Source of the DNA: the human T2T-CHM13v2.0 reference genome, Homo sapiens
Reading direction: 5' to 3' (one strand)
Assembly: GCF_009914755.1 (NCBI RefSeq)
Contig: NC_060926.1
DNA length: 64,000 nucleotides
Shown: positions 45,442-60,463 of the stretch, one piece after another
Numbering within the stretch: the first letter of the stretch is position 1
Layout: each line of letters begins with the position of its first letter
Notes under the pieces: model-generated
Told to the model about the DNA's origin: nothing
Databases searched by the model: none
Seen by the model: the letters and a program-made list of their open reading frames with translations, nothing else
Translations under genes and position numbers: made by a program

Positions 45442-45473
45442 ACCACTCTTCTTGCATATGAGAATGATGATGC

Positions 45474-45476
<3 letters not shown>

Positions 45477-45546
<70 letters not shown>
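45477..45546. repeat. (AC)15(GC)4(AC)16 compound microsatellite
   Basis: Read directly; 70 bp of uninterrupted alternating purine-pyrimidine. Confidence 0.97.
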
Positions 45547-45549
<3 letters not shown>

Positions 45550-45924
45550 CCTCATGGAATAGAATCTAAGCTGCATCTGGCCGGTATCTACCAAATAGGG
45601 ACCAGCTGACTTGGCCAGAGAAAGCCACCGGACTGGAGGAGTAATGGACACATGAGTGTGTGTGCTTGTGTGCATGTGTGTTCGTGTGTGTGTGTGTAAG
45701 TTCTATTGGGGTTACAGTGCTGAAAACACTGTAGAGCCTCTTCTCTGTTTCTTGAGCAGCAAAAACACATAAAGCTTAGGCCACGTGCTGGACAGTGTTA
45801 AAATTTATGGACTTGACTTTTCTAGAGATACTCTTCATAAAGGCTCAGTTTGTTGGAATCAATGGGTTGTGGCACTTTAAAGTGTGGTTTAAACTAGGAG
45901 ACAGAACTTGGGTCTTAGAGTCTG

Positions 45925-46130
45925 AAATCATGGTTTCTTCAACTTAAAGTGCGACACTGTTTGAACAAATGACTTAACCTCTCAGTCTCAGTCTTCTCAC
46001 CTTTAATCTGAGAGAACAATGCCTGCCATATCTTTGTCATAAGGTTTTTCTGAGGGTAAAATGTGTACGAAAGTACTTTATAAGATGTAAAGTACATATA
46101 AATGCATGGTATTACTATTTCTGCTATTAT
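45925..46130 (+). mobile_element. MIR
   Basis: ttgaacaaatgacttaacctctcagtctcagtcttctcacct...aaagtacttta. Confidence 0.7.
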
Positions 46131-46878
46131 TATATAAGGAAGTTCATGCAGAATTAATACCAAGGCATGCTGGCTCTTAATAAAAGTGTGAAGTAGGCCA
46201 AGTGGTCTGTGGCCCACTGTCACCTACCCCGCTTCCTGCTGTCCTGGGTCCTCCAGCTCCCAACTGGAAGAGCTACACGGAAGGTGATGGAGGAAGCCTT
46301 TCTGGACCCCACCCAATGACAGCCCCAGGGTAGGCTGCCTGCCCATCCGGATTACTCTATTCTCACCTGTGAAAGGTTAGCTCCTCAACTGTGGCTGCTG
46401 TATCTTTCTCTCCTTCACAAGCAGGGTAGGTAACAGGCAACTAGACTAGGACAGAGGGAACAGTGATCTCTGAGCAGTAAGGGATAGTAGGAAAAAAAGA
46501 GAAGTTACACGAGAATGTGCTTTGATCTATACAAAGAAAGACAAGAGCAGGAGCAGGGTGGCACCCTGTATTCACATCACTCTGCTGAGATGGGCACGGT
46601 GCAGAGAATGCGTAACCATAAGCATTAGACTTTACTGTGACACTCCAAGAAAATGGAACCAAATGGGTTTTGGCTTAGAATTCTTTCTGACAGCTTCATG
46701 TCCATTAAAAATACACTAAATGTCAGGGAAAATTTACCACAGCATGTTGTTTTGCCAAGAGGAAAATTTGTTAAATCAGGACGAACATTTTAAAATTCTC
46801 CACAAAATCATTTCAGTGACTTATTTTCCATTTATTTCTATGTAGAACACTACACACTTTGGGAGAAATCACTTATAT

Positions 46879-46880
<2 letters not shown>

Positions 46881-46912
<32 letters not shown>
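46881..46912. repeat. (AC)16 microsatellite
   Basis: Read directly from the sequence. Confidence 0.97.
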
Positions 46913-46914
<2 letters not shown>

Positions 46915-47810
46915 TTCTTTTTCTTTTTTCTTTTTAGTTTTGTATCTTGAGAAATAGTCAGTGTGGTTCTCTATTTTATTCTTTAAAAAAATCACAGAAC
47001 TATTGCCACAATATCAAGAAGTCATCATGTTAGAGTGGCTACTATTTATTTTGATTTTTTTCACCAAATGATGCTTGATCAGGATATTATCCTAACTTTA
47101 AAGAGAGAAGTGGATTGAAGAGGAAAAAATTGGGATTTACCACCATGTACTACACCATGCTTGGCATCCTATTTTATTTTATTCCATCCTGAGAACAATT
47201 CTGCAGATGGAGTATTTCTATATGCATTTTACTGAAAAGGCTCAGACAAATCAGGTAATTCTGCTAGGACCACGAAGCTGACAAGGGACAGAAATGGGAT
47301 TCTAATTCAGAAGATGCTTTCCCCACTAGTCAGTGGTGAAAAGGAAGCAAACAAATAAATCATCTGGATTTTTAAAAAGTTTGTTATTTGCTGGAGGTGA
47401 GAAAAGAGGAGTGAGTGGGAGAAAAGATGAATCAAGATTAGCTACAGGTTGATAACTGGAAGCTGGGTGATGGATTTCACTGTACAATTCTGCTGCTTTT
47501 GTAGGTTTGAAAATTTCCAAAATCAAAAACAAAAGAGGCAATGTCAATGGACATTGATAACATAGAAAATATTACATATAAATAATCTTTTGTTGTTTAT
47601 TGAAAGATGATAAAGTTTTACAAAAAGGAGAAAAAACCTAATCTTCAATTCCTAGAGATGTTTGTCAAAAAGTAACTGGGCTGCCCCAGTTACTTTTGTA
47701 TGTATGCATGTATTTGTATGTATGACATGCAGCTTAACCTCTGCTTCTCAGAGTAGAAAACATTTCACCACCTAGAGTGTACCTTGGACAAGGGGCTGAT
47801 TCAGGAATTC

Positions 47811-47950
47811 TTTTTTTTTTTTTTGAGACGGAGTCTCACTCTTGTCACCCAGGCTAGAGTGCAGCAGAGCGATCTCGGCTCACTGCAACCTCCACCTCTA
47901 GGGTTCAAGCGATTCTCCTGCCTCAGCCTCCTGAGTAGCTGGAATTACAG
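47811..47950 (-). mobile_element. 5'-truncated Alu (part of right monomer)
   Basis: TSD caggaattct (47802-47811, 47948-47957). Confidence 0.93.
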
Positions 47951-48188
47951 GAATTCTAATTCTACTTGTACCATTTCTGCCAGCTACATTGAAGATTTAT
48001 ATTGCGGGATATCGGAAATGCTACTCATGTTTTTTTTTTTACCCTGTTTGCAAGGTTTTCTAACATTATCAAGAACCACAAGACTGTGAATCTCACAGAT
48101 GGAAGAAAGAATATTTTACGACAGAAAGAGTATTGCTTTGCTTAACTTAAAAGGTTAACTTTAATTAAGACAGCGATAAAAGCTTTTA

Positions 48189-48407
<219 letters not shown>

Positions 48408-49128
48408 TTAAAACTAAACAAAGCCAAGCAAATGATATTCTGCAGTGTTATGAATACAATCGCCCTTGTAAAGTCATTATACAAAATGTGTTATTAAGTA
48501 TTAATTTTAGCATTTCTAGGTTATTCAGCTTGAACTTTGAGTTCCAAATGTATCTTTTATAATATCTCTGTAAGATGCACATTATTCTGATCACCTTAAG
48601 CAAAATCTTAAAAAGATTTTCCCAATATTCTTATATATAAAGAATATTAGTTGAGAAATGACATATAACATACTTTAAACATTTCTTTTATAGAAAATAG
48701 CTAGTATATGTATGCGGTAAAGGTTCTGAATCCTAAATGACAGATGCCATAGAGATGAATATAAATAGGAATAAACTTGTATGACACTGTAGTATGCAAG
48801 CAGTTCATGTGTGTACCCTATGGTATTCTAAAAAGTGATTCTGTCAATCAAAACACATTTTAAATATCTAACAGATAGAAAATTGTATCAGATATAGAGG
48901 AGAGAGGGATACCTGGCTTATACTATAATGGATCAAACAGAAACAGAACTAAGGAATCTGATATATTCTTATTACTTGGACCTGCTGTCTATAATCCCAC
49001 CTGAATGAGGCAGGGGTGGTGGTGCATTTCATCTGTAAGGTGAACCCTTAAGAGCTGTGCTGTCCAACATGGTAGTCATGAGCACGAGCCACACATGGCC
49101 ATTGAACATTTGAAATGTGGCTAGTCCT

Positions 49129-49432
49129 GGCTGGGCAGAGTGGCTCATACCTATAATTTCTAGCACTTTGGGAGGCCGAGGTGGGCAGATCACTTGAGGT
49201 CAGGAGTTGAAGACCAGCCTGGTCAAATGGTGAAAACCCATCTCTACTAAAATTACAAAAATTAGCTGGGCGTGGTGGTATGTGCCTGCAGTCGCAGCTA
49301 CTTAGGAGCCTGAGGCGTGAGAGTCGCTTAAACCTGGGAGGCGGAGGTAGCAGTGACCTGAGATTGTGTCATTGCATTCCAGCCTGGGCAAGAGTGAGTG
49401 AGACTCTGTCTCAGAAAAAAAAAAAAAAAAAG
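49129..49432 (+). mobile_element. Alu (AluS-like)
   Basis: Dimeric Alu with TSD gaaatgtggctagtcc. Confidence 0.94.
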
Positions 49433-49561
49433 AAATGTGGCTAGTCCACTGAGGTGTGCTTCAAGTAAAATACAAGCGGATTTCAAAGATAGTACAAAGG
49501 AAATAAGGTAAAATATCCATTTATTCTTACCATTTTAAAAATTAAAAAAAAATTAAGATAA

Positions 49562-49847
<286 letters not shown>

Positions 49848-50678
49848 AAGATAAATTTTTGATTACACACTGTAATGATAATATTTTGGACATATTGGGT
49901 TAAATATATGGCCTAAGTTAAATTTACCTGTTCCTTTTTACTTTTTAAAATGTGGCTACTAGACAATTTAAAATTCCACACGAGGCTTGCATTTTATTTT
50001 TATTGGACAACACTGATCTGGAGGAATGAGTTGTAGCAGGCATTTTCTGTGCTCCGGGCTGCTCGTGCTGATCTTGTACAGACATGACCTAAAATCACCT
50101 CTCAACACAGAACAAATTCTATCCTATCATCTTACCACAGATGTGTTTGTTGGCCACGAGGAAGACTTAATAAAGTGGGGATGGTTCAGCATAAACCTAA
50201 CCTCAGTCCTAGAAAAATTCAAAGTTCCCACTTGCTGAAAGACAGCATCTCTCCTTCCTTTTCTTCAGTGACCTCATTTTCTCTGTTGGAGTCAGCTGCT
50301 GCTTCCATGTTGCTGTCTCCCAGATCCAAATTTTTGGCCTGGCCTTAGCTGCTAAGCAGCAAGCCCAAGACTATAGCTGTCTGATGGATAATGCCATATG
50401 GCTAGCTTATTCATGCCTCAAATTTAACTAGTCAAAACTAAACTCATTACTTTATCTTGCAAACTCACTCCTTCATTTAAAGGAGCTGATTGTCCCATCT
50501 CTGTGTATTTGTCCTAATTCTTCTATTACCACCTATAGTCTTGAGGGCATTACCGTACACTGTAAACCAGGCAAGGTCTACCAAATAGGCACTTGACACA
50601 CACTATGACATTATATCTTTGCATGGAAAATGCAGATTTTGTTCATAGATAAGAAAGAGAACTTGAGGATAGTCCTAG

Positions 50679-50680
<2 letters not shown>

Positions 50681-50713
<33 letters not shown>
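50681..50713. repeat. (CAA)11 microsatellite
   Basis: Read directly from the sequence. Confidence 0.97.
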
Positions 50714-51123
50714 AAGAGGTTTAAGACAAGGAATGAGCTGCTGTTGGCAGGAATAGTTACTTAAAATGTAGCTTAAATGAACACAGGCTTTCTATAGTTA
50801 GAATGCAAACTTTTATCTACCACCTTTAGGTGAAATATATCGTTATTATTGCTACTTGGAATCACTAAAGCCGAGTTAAAAATACCATATTTTCTGTGAG
50901 AAATGATGCTGCAAAGCTGCATTATAAATAAAAGACACATTGTGACAAATCCTCATTTAACACAAGCACGCTGTCCACAACACATGAGGTTCTGTCCTAG
51001 GTGCCCCAGGAAATGCTTGGTCCTTCTGAATATTGATTCTGATTTAAAAAAACTTATGTAGGCGTTTTTATAATTAAAACAGTTGGCAGAAATTATGAAA
51101 ACTTGACTTGAAGGTTGTTACCA

Positions 51124-51625
<502 letters not shown>

Positions 51626-52166
51626 CAATTACTATTTTAAAAGATAAATGTATCAGCTATGGCAAAGCCTTGTGGCAGACTTAGTTGTATATATAGACTT
51701 TTGAGATTTGATTGCTGTTGAAAGACAAAATTGAACACTAACGATAAGTTGGATGTAATTAGTTGCTGCCATTTGCTCAGAACATATTCTATAAATATGA
51801 CTCATCAAACTTTTCTTTGCACCTATTTACATATACTTACCTAGTGTAACTGAAATGACAGATGAATGCTTGACTGCTTTTAGAGACAAATGTCAATTAT
51901 AAGTTCACATGAAGGGTAATGGGGACATTACAGCATATACATATTATTTTGAGGCAACTTCATATATATTGGATTGACAATTTTGAAAATTGTCCAAAAA
52001 TTTATCTGAACGATCCATGTGAGAAGTATAAATAAAGGGAAACACATTTATATTTGGATTGGAAAAACTATGTTTTAGGCCTTGGAGTGATGGGTATAGT
52101 AAGAGGTCCATAGGATTATGGTAAAAATTGATGCTTCTGATCTAACTCTGGAAATACACTGTCTTA

Positions 52167-52319
<153 letters not shown>

Positions 52320-53143
52320 TTAACAATTTCAATACAACACTAATCCTTGGAAAACCTTTTTAACCTTTAACCATCTGGAATGATAAAAAAAAATAAGTAA
52401 TTAGTGCTAATTTATACCCATCATCTATACAACAAGAAAAATAGACAGCTTTACATGTAGTTGCACCTTTTCTCTGCATTAGTAACAACCCACCAAACTG
52501 CTCCTACTTTCGATTCCCCCCAATTATTCATAATTGTATACATATGCATTTTTCTAGACCAACACACTTATGTTCTTCATTGAAAGGAATGTCAGAGTTG
52601 AGATAAAAAGTAAAGGTCAAATCTATAAAATGAACTTGTTTGATTATTTTCATTCTCATAAGCTTGTTATTTCACCAAGAACCAAGGTCTGGCATATAAA
52701 CAGAAATGTTGACCAGGCAGCCTTTGGTAGCAGCAAAGAGCCCTGAACTGGAATCAGAAGATCTTCATTCTAGTCCTGGCTCTAGCTCCAACCAACTGTG
52801 TGCTCTTGCAGAAATCACAGAACATCTCTGACCTTCGGTTTTCTCTTCTGTGAAATAATGGTTTCAGCCTGTATGGCTTCTAATGATTGTTGCCAGCTAT
52901 AACATTCTTAAAACATCTTTTGTGAATGCAGCACCTTTTTCTCCTTGTCATTTGTCACATGTTCATGAGATGAAGGTTTGTAACCTCCTATCATTTTATT
53001 CCCATCTGGAGGAATGTACAGGGAAGAATCAACCCAAGGACATTTAAGCAAGAATGGACAAAGCTGTGCATAGAAATTCTCTGGCCACCAGGGGAAGGTC
53101 TAATAATCCTCCTCTAGATTCAATTTTTCTCATAACAAAATCA

Positions 53144-53317
<174 letters not shown>

Positions 53318-53872
53318 TTAGAATACTTAGCATTTTAAAAGGGCATATCTGCACAGTACTTTATAAACATTAACTAATTAATCTTCTTAATATAAGATGC
53401 TAGACTTGATTGCAGCCCAAAGAATTGTTATATAATGTTTCACTTATATCCTACTTAAAATGTGAAGTATTTAATGAACATCACTCATTAAGTCATTCTC
53501 ATTTTGAGCTGTTCATGTGATAATTCCCACTGAGATAGAGTTATCTACCATCATCAATCCTCAATATTTATGAAGAATCTCAGCTGTTTGTACTTCACTG
53601 TAAATATGGGTATCTTTGTCATGACTTGCCTGATGTTCCAGAATCTTTTTATCTTCTCCCTTGACACTGACACATAGAGGCAAAGAGAAGGAAATTTTAA
53701 AGGCCCTAGCTAACTTGGGTAACTTGGTATAATGGAATTGTGTTTTTGCATCCTAGCATCTATTCTGTTAAAGGTATTTCAGTTTTTCCTTTGGACACCT
53801 ATTTCTGTCCCATTCTATAGACAACAAGATTAGGTTGGCCAAGGGACCCAGGCCTGATTAAAAAGCATGTTC

Positions 53873-54013
53873 CTTGTAGTCCCAGCTACTCGGGAGGCTG
53901 AAGCAGGAGAATTGCTTGAACCCGGAGGTGGAGGTTGCAGTGAGCCGAGGTCACACCACTGCACTATAGTCTGGGTGACAGAGTGAGACTGTCTCAAAAA
54001 AAAAAAAAAAAAA
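53873..54013 (+). mobile_element. 5'-truncated Alu (part of right monomer) inside an old MLT1-like LTR
   Basis: tgtagtcccagctactcgggagg...A tail, flanked by aaaagYRtgttcc. Confidence 0.92.
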
Positions 54014-54437
54014 GTGTGTTCCACCATCCTAGTCACAGTGATGGGTTCATGAATGAGCATGTGACCTAAACTAGTCCAATAAGACTCAGTCCTGGGACTT
54101 TTACTGAAACTACCAGGGAAGACAAGTTTTCTTCCCAGTAAGATTGCTGGCTATAAGAGAATGTAAGCCTGCAGCCACTGGGGCTCACCATGTGGAGACA
54201 GCTAGAAAGAAAAGAGAGAAACATAACAGAAAGCAGGAGGGTGACAGACACAAACAGACACAGACTCCTAATAGCCTAATGGAACCCTAAGTCATCTGAA
54301 GCCAGCTCTACCACTGGGCTTTTCAGTTACATGAGGCAATACATTCTTTTTAAAAATTTTATTTTATTTTTTTTTGCTTAAGCTATTTTGAATTGGGTGT
54401 CTATTGTCTGTTATTAACAAAGTCCTGACTAGCTTCA

Positions 54438-54782
<345 letters not shown>

Positions 54783-55321
54783 TTAGCCTAGTGCCTAGTG
54801 TAACCCTGAACCACTGAACTATAATTTAAGTAGCTTTGTCTGTGACTGGATCCTGTGACCACATTCTTGCTTTGTGGTCCACTTTGGTAACTGGATCTCC
54901 CCTGTTTTTGTCAGCATGAGTGTGTATCCTAATCATCTGGTTAGCCCTCTAGCTCTTTCAGAACAGGCACTCTTCTCTGCCTGGCCAGCCATTTGCAGGG
55001 GCCAGGCCTTTAGGTCTGTGGCTCAAAACCAGAAAACTATGATTGCAAGGCCTTTGATACTAATGCTGGCATCTTATCGACATCTCCCTACTGTCCGTTT
55101 CTGGCCTCCGTGGTGCTGCAATCACTGTGCTAGTCAGGACACCCTTGTTATCTTCTCCCATACCCCTCTAATGCTAACCATTTGTCTGACTGCTACCTTG
55201 GCTGGACCTTGGCTTGAACTCTACAGTTGAATCTACAGCAGAGGTTGTAAATTGGTGGGCTGAAAGTTCAATCTGACTGCTAGATATGTTTTGTTTGCCC
55301 TACTACTGTTTTCTAAAAACT

Positions 55322-55955
55322 AGACTTTATTTTAAAAACAGTTTTAGGTTCTCAGCCTAAGAGAGTAGAAAGTACAGAGTTCCCATATACTCTCTGTCTC
55401 CTCCGGCAACTAGTATCCCCCACTATTAACATCCTGCAACTAAGTGGTACTTTGTTACAACTGATAAACCTACATGACATATCATTATCACTCAAACTCC
55501 ATAGTTTACATTAGGGTTCACCCTTGGTGTCGGATATTCTATAGGGTTTAACAAATGTAAAATGTCATATACCCACCATTATAGTACTATACACAATAGT
55601 TTCACTACCCTAAAAATCCTCTATGCTTTGTATATTCATCCTTCTCTCCCCACTAGCCTCTGGCAACCACTAATCTTTTGTCTCCATAGTTTTGCCTTTT
55701 CCAGAATATCATACAGTTGTAATTACACAGTATGCAGCCTTTTCAGATTGACTTCTTTTACTTAGTAATATGCAACTAAAGTTCCTCTGTGTCTTTTTAT
55801 GCCTTGATAGCTAATTTCTTTTTAGGGCTGAATGATATTCCATTGTCTCGATGTACCAGAGTTTATTTATCCATTTATCTACTAAAGGATGTCTTCCAAG
55901 TTTGGGAAATTATGAATAAAGCTGCTATAAATATCTGTGTGCAGGTTTTGGTGTA
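55322..55955 (-). mobile_element. Old L1 (L1MC/L1MD-type) 3' end
   Basis: agactttattttaaaaacagttttaggtt...tccatagtttacattagggttcac...ttatgaataaagctgctataaa. Confidence 0.85.
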
Positions 55956-56679
55956 AATGCCCTGCTATTTTTATCAGTTCTCAATACTTAAATATTAGAA
56001 GACTTCACAAAAACAGACAGATGTCCAGGGGGTTCTGAAAATTCAGAGGTTCTGGTAACACTGGGTCCACATTCCTGCAAGGCAAACCACCTGGAACTGA
56101 GAGGTGAGTGCCTTAAAGTGCTCATAGACTCTTGGCTTCACCTAGCCTACTGCAATTTCTGTTACCTGCTTGGCTCCTGTAGGCCTTTAGTCTTGCTACC
56201 TCTGAACTATACTTCTGAACTGAACTTCTATTTTTCTGTCCTGCAGGTGAGCATTACTTCAATGGACTATGTCTCAATCCAGGTTTCAGTCACTCCTGGT
56301 GTGTTCTATTCTTCCACAGAAAATTGTTCCTTTCTGGATATATCAATAGAAAGAAACCTGTCTGTTTCCTTACCATCATTTCTGAGAACTTAGAAGTCCT
56401 TTGCCCTCTCTCCTCCACTAAATCAAACCTCACCTGTTTTTCAAGTATCAGCTTAAGGTCTACCTTCCCTACTCTGGCCCTTGTTAATCCTCTCATCTCC
56501 ACACCTCCTATGACATTCCTAATCAAGCCCATAGTTCAATACCATCTTATATTGTTGGCGATTTCATATTTGTTAGTCTAGTCTTCTTAAAAGCTTACTG
56601 GAGATTCTTTAGGATTTGATCACATTAGTTGTCCTTCTGTTCATTTTCCTTGGACCCATCTTGTAGTCATGTTCCATTC

Positions 56680-57020
<341 letters not shown>

Positions 57021-57317
57021 TGACTACAAGCACCCAAACTATTCTAGAATGGTTCCATACAAGGTTTTGTTTCCAACAGCCTCCTTGAAGGCACCCTCAC
57101 ACTCTTTTGACTACAGCAGTGAAATACTTTTGGGTAGAAAGATTCTTGGAAACCCGCATAGTCTGAGATAACCTGTCTGTGTTAACTTGTTCCACGTGAA
57201 GGAAGCCAGGTCAAGAGCAACTATGGACAAGCACCTGCACATAAGCCAAAAGGGAACTCTCAGAACTCAACATGCTCTTTGGAAATCCCAGGCTCAGTTC
57301 CGCCCTGAATATTGTAG

Positions 57318-57522
57318 AGTAGTGCCATCCAATAGAACTTTCTGCAATGATGAAATGTTCTATATCTGTGCTGTCCAATACAGAAAATGTTTTCTATTTG
57401 TTCTGCCCAATACAGACACTCGAAATACAGACTGTGTGACAGGAATTCAATTTTTTAACTTTGATTACATTTAAATCTAAATATCCACATGTGGCTAGTG
57501 GCTTCTGTATTTGACAATGCAG
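57318..57522. mobile_element. MER3-like hAT MITE
   Basis: gtgccatccaatagaactttctgcaatgatgaaatgttctatatctgtgctgtccaata...ccacatgtggctagtggct. Confidence 0.85.
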
Positions 57523-58240
57523 CAAGGGTCATGGAAAGCAAAAGGGCTGGGTGTATGAGGAACAAGAGCATTTCTTCAGCTAAGGGGACTGAGGTGCTTC
57601 CTTCACTCTTATCACTGGGAGGGATCTTTCTGCATTGAAGAAGAGCTTTGGGAGGGCTTCCAGAGTCCAGAACTATGACCTGAAGCTAAGGAGGGCAACT
57701 TCAGTCAGCATCATAACTTCTATTTTGCAAAATGACTGAGGAATGGTTGTTTAGGCTGCTTGGAATCCTCAAATGGCAGAAACCATCTAGTAATTCTACT
57801 CCTCAACATACATTTGGGGTAAATAAAACACAGGATATCAAAACATCCTACCCAAGGCCACATGAAATTGAATATTCTGCTCAAGAAGTTATCACATATA
57901 TTAAAACAGGTTACCGATTTCAAAGCATTAGAATACAGAAAATATGTTTAACACTAAAACTAAGATGAATATAATTTAATCCTTGCAACTGAAGACATTT
58001 TGTCACTTTTCAGTGCCTGAGGGTTATAGTGAACAGCTGGTTGAGGAGACTAAGTTGCATTTGTTGTCATACAAAACCCAGCTGTTGCTTTTTTGAATAA
58101 ATCCTTCATATTAACTTTTAACTTGTCATTTGTGGCCTTATAACAAAATACATAAGAAGAATATATAAAATCTCAGTTATTAAAGCTTGCTGGTTGTTTA
58201 AATCCTAGATAAAGGGGTGTTTACCTTAATAATGGCCTTT

Positions 58241-58531
58241 AGGCTAGGCATGGTGGCTTATGCCGTAATCCTAGCATTTTGGGAGGCTGAGGTGGTAAGA
58301 CTGCTCGAGGACAGGAGTTCGAGACCAGCCTCAGCAACACAGCAAGACCCCATCTCTACAAAAAATTAAAAAATTAGCTGGGTGTGGTGCTGCATGCCTG
58401 TAGTCTCAGCTACTCTGGAGGCTGAGGTGGGAGGATTGCTTGAGCCCAGGAGTTTGAGGCTGCAGTGAGCTGTAGCACCGTAGTACTACAGCCCAGGCAA
58501 CCTGTCTCTGAAAAAAAAAAAAAAAAAAAAA
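58241..58531 (+). mobile_element. Alu (AluJ-like)
   Basis: Dimeric Alu with A tail. Confidence 0.92.
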
Positions 58532-58538
58532 GGCCTTT

Positions 58539-58826
58539 GGGCTGGTGGTGCACACCTGTAATCCCAGCACTTTGGGAGGCCAAGGCAGGCAGATTGCTTG
58601 AGCTCAGGAGTTTGAGACCAGCCTGGGCAACATGGCAAAACCTTGTCTACAAAAAATACAAAAATTAGCTGGGTATGGTGGAATATGCCTGTAGTCACAG
58701 CTACTTGGGAGGCTGAGGCAGGAAGATCACCTGAGCCCGGGGAGGTTGAGGCTGCAGTGAGCCCAGATTGCACCACTGCACTCTAGCCTGGGCAACAGAG
58801 TGAGATCCTGTCTCAGAAAAAAATAA
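58539..58826 (+). mobile_element. Alu (AluJ-like), in tandem with the previous one
   Basis: Dimeric Alu. Confidence 0.92.
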
Positions 58827-59527
58827 AGACCTTTAATATACAAAGTTAATGCTGCAATCACCATTATTAGGCCTGATTATCTGAGAGTGGTGATAGGTTT
58901 GAGATAATCCAGTTATTTTCTCTCATTTCTACCATTTCTTCCTATACAAGGTTTATATTATTTGCTTGGTTATAGGATCATTTGTTTGAACATATGGCTA
59001 AGCATTCCAATCAACATAGCCAACTAATTATATCTAGCTGTCTTTCAACAGAGTTCAGGAAAGGACAGATTTCACCTCATTATATATTACCTGGAAAGAC
59101 CTGGTGACTAATTTTTGATCTCTGAAAATGAAAATCTCAATGCATGATCAGATGATTCTCCCACAGTAATCTAGCACAGAAGGTACTTTTTGGTTAAGGT
59201 GATGGATACTCTAATGCACTGCTTTTCAAGCTATCCGTGGAGAAGCACTGGCCTTGTTTTCCTTTTCTTGTTTTCAATCCATTGTGGACTAACAATTTTA
59301 TAAAATACAATAACAAGGAGATGAAAACAAAAAAGAGTCATACAAACTACAAGGCCTAATTTATTATTACTATTATATTCAACGGTTGTAAAGTTATTCT
59401 GTCAAATTGCTATAAATGATCCTAACTGCTTACTCTCAATTCCTGTGCTGTTTGGACCGGTGACAATCTGCATGCAGCCTGGCACCAGCCTGAGGACTGG
59501 ACTTTGAACAGCACCACCTTAATGTAC

Positions 59528-60320
59528 CGAGTTAGGAGGCCAGCAGGTCTTATTTTCCAGTTGGACCCTGCTGGTGGAAGCAGGATCTGGTCAAAACATG
59601 GTGCAATGAAGACGCTGGCTGAAAAGAGGAAAGTGACCTCTAGTTGCTCTCACTGCTCATTAGCACAAGACACTCCTACTGGACCCAAGATAGTTTACAA
59701 ATGCCATGGCAATGGCCCAGAAGTTACCTTTTATAGTTCTGGAAATTCCCCACCCTTTTTCCAAAAAGTTCTGAATAACCTGCCTCTTAATTAGCATATA
59801 ATTTAAAGTACATGTAAATATAGTTGCTAACAGCCCATACACTACCCTCTGGGCACATAGCCTATCAGTTAGCCCTGCAGCACTGGTTCAATCAAAGTTG
59901 CTTTTTCTTTTTTTTTTTTTTTAATATTTAACAGCTTTACTGAGATATAATTATAATAAAAACCCTGCATATATTTAATGTATACATTTTGATGGGTTTG
60001 AATACATGCATACATCTGTGGAACCATTACCACAATCAGTGTAATAAACATCCATCACCTCCAAGTTTCCTCCTGCCCATTTGGCAAGATAAAATAAGAT
60101 CCAGAGATCTGCTGTACCACATCGTGCCTATAGTTCATAATACTTTATTGTATGCTTAAAATGCTCTTAAGAAGGTAGATCTCAAGTTAAGTGTTCTTAC
60201 TACCCCCCGCCCCCCCACCACACAAAGTTGCTTTTTCTTATCCTTGGCTCACTCTTAAATTCTTGCCTGGGCAAAGCCAAGAACCCTCCTTGGCTAAGCC
60301 CCTCAGGGCAGCCTGCATCA
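59528..60320 (+). mobile_element. MER41-family (ERV1) solo LTR, interrupted at 59910-60222
   Basis: aaagtgacctctagttgctctcactgctcatt, agtttacaaatgccatggcaa, gaagttacc, ttagcatataat and ccaagaaccctc...ggctaagccc...tgcatca follow the remembered MER41 consensus; probable 4-bp TSD gtac/gtat. Confidence 0.75.
59910..60222 (-). mobile_element. Retroposed L1MB-type 3' UTR fragment with 5' inversion, poly(A) tail and 17-bp TSD
   Basis: TSD caaagttgctttttctt (59893-59909, 60223-60239); T run to 59922; antisense L1MB end about 59923-60078; sense L1MB piece about 60090-60205. Confidence 0.85.
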
Positions 60321-60391
60321 GTATCACCTCTGTCACAAAACTTCATGCTTGATGGTTCTGAAGGGAAAACAGATAGCTACCTGTATTAGAG

Positions 60392-60463
60392 AGTTTGATA
60401 GTCTCATATATGAAGGATAGTCTCATATTTGAAGGATAGTTTGATAGTCTCACATTTGAAGGA
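60392..60463. repeat. Three copies of a ~19-bp unit gatagtctcaYatWtgaag
   Basis: Read directly; an extra gatagttt precedes the third copy. Confidence 0.85.

Noticed and set aside
59737-59767. MER41 LTR as an interferon-gamma/STAT1 enhancer
   Set aside because: The positions of the tandem GAS sites read ttctggaaa and ttccaaaaa; neither fits TTCNNNGAA.
60392-60463. Short direct repeats as a CRISPR-like array
   Set aside because: No unique spacers, only three adjacent units, a primate intronic context and no cas genes.
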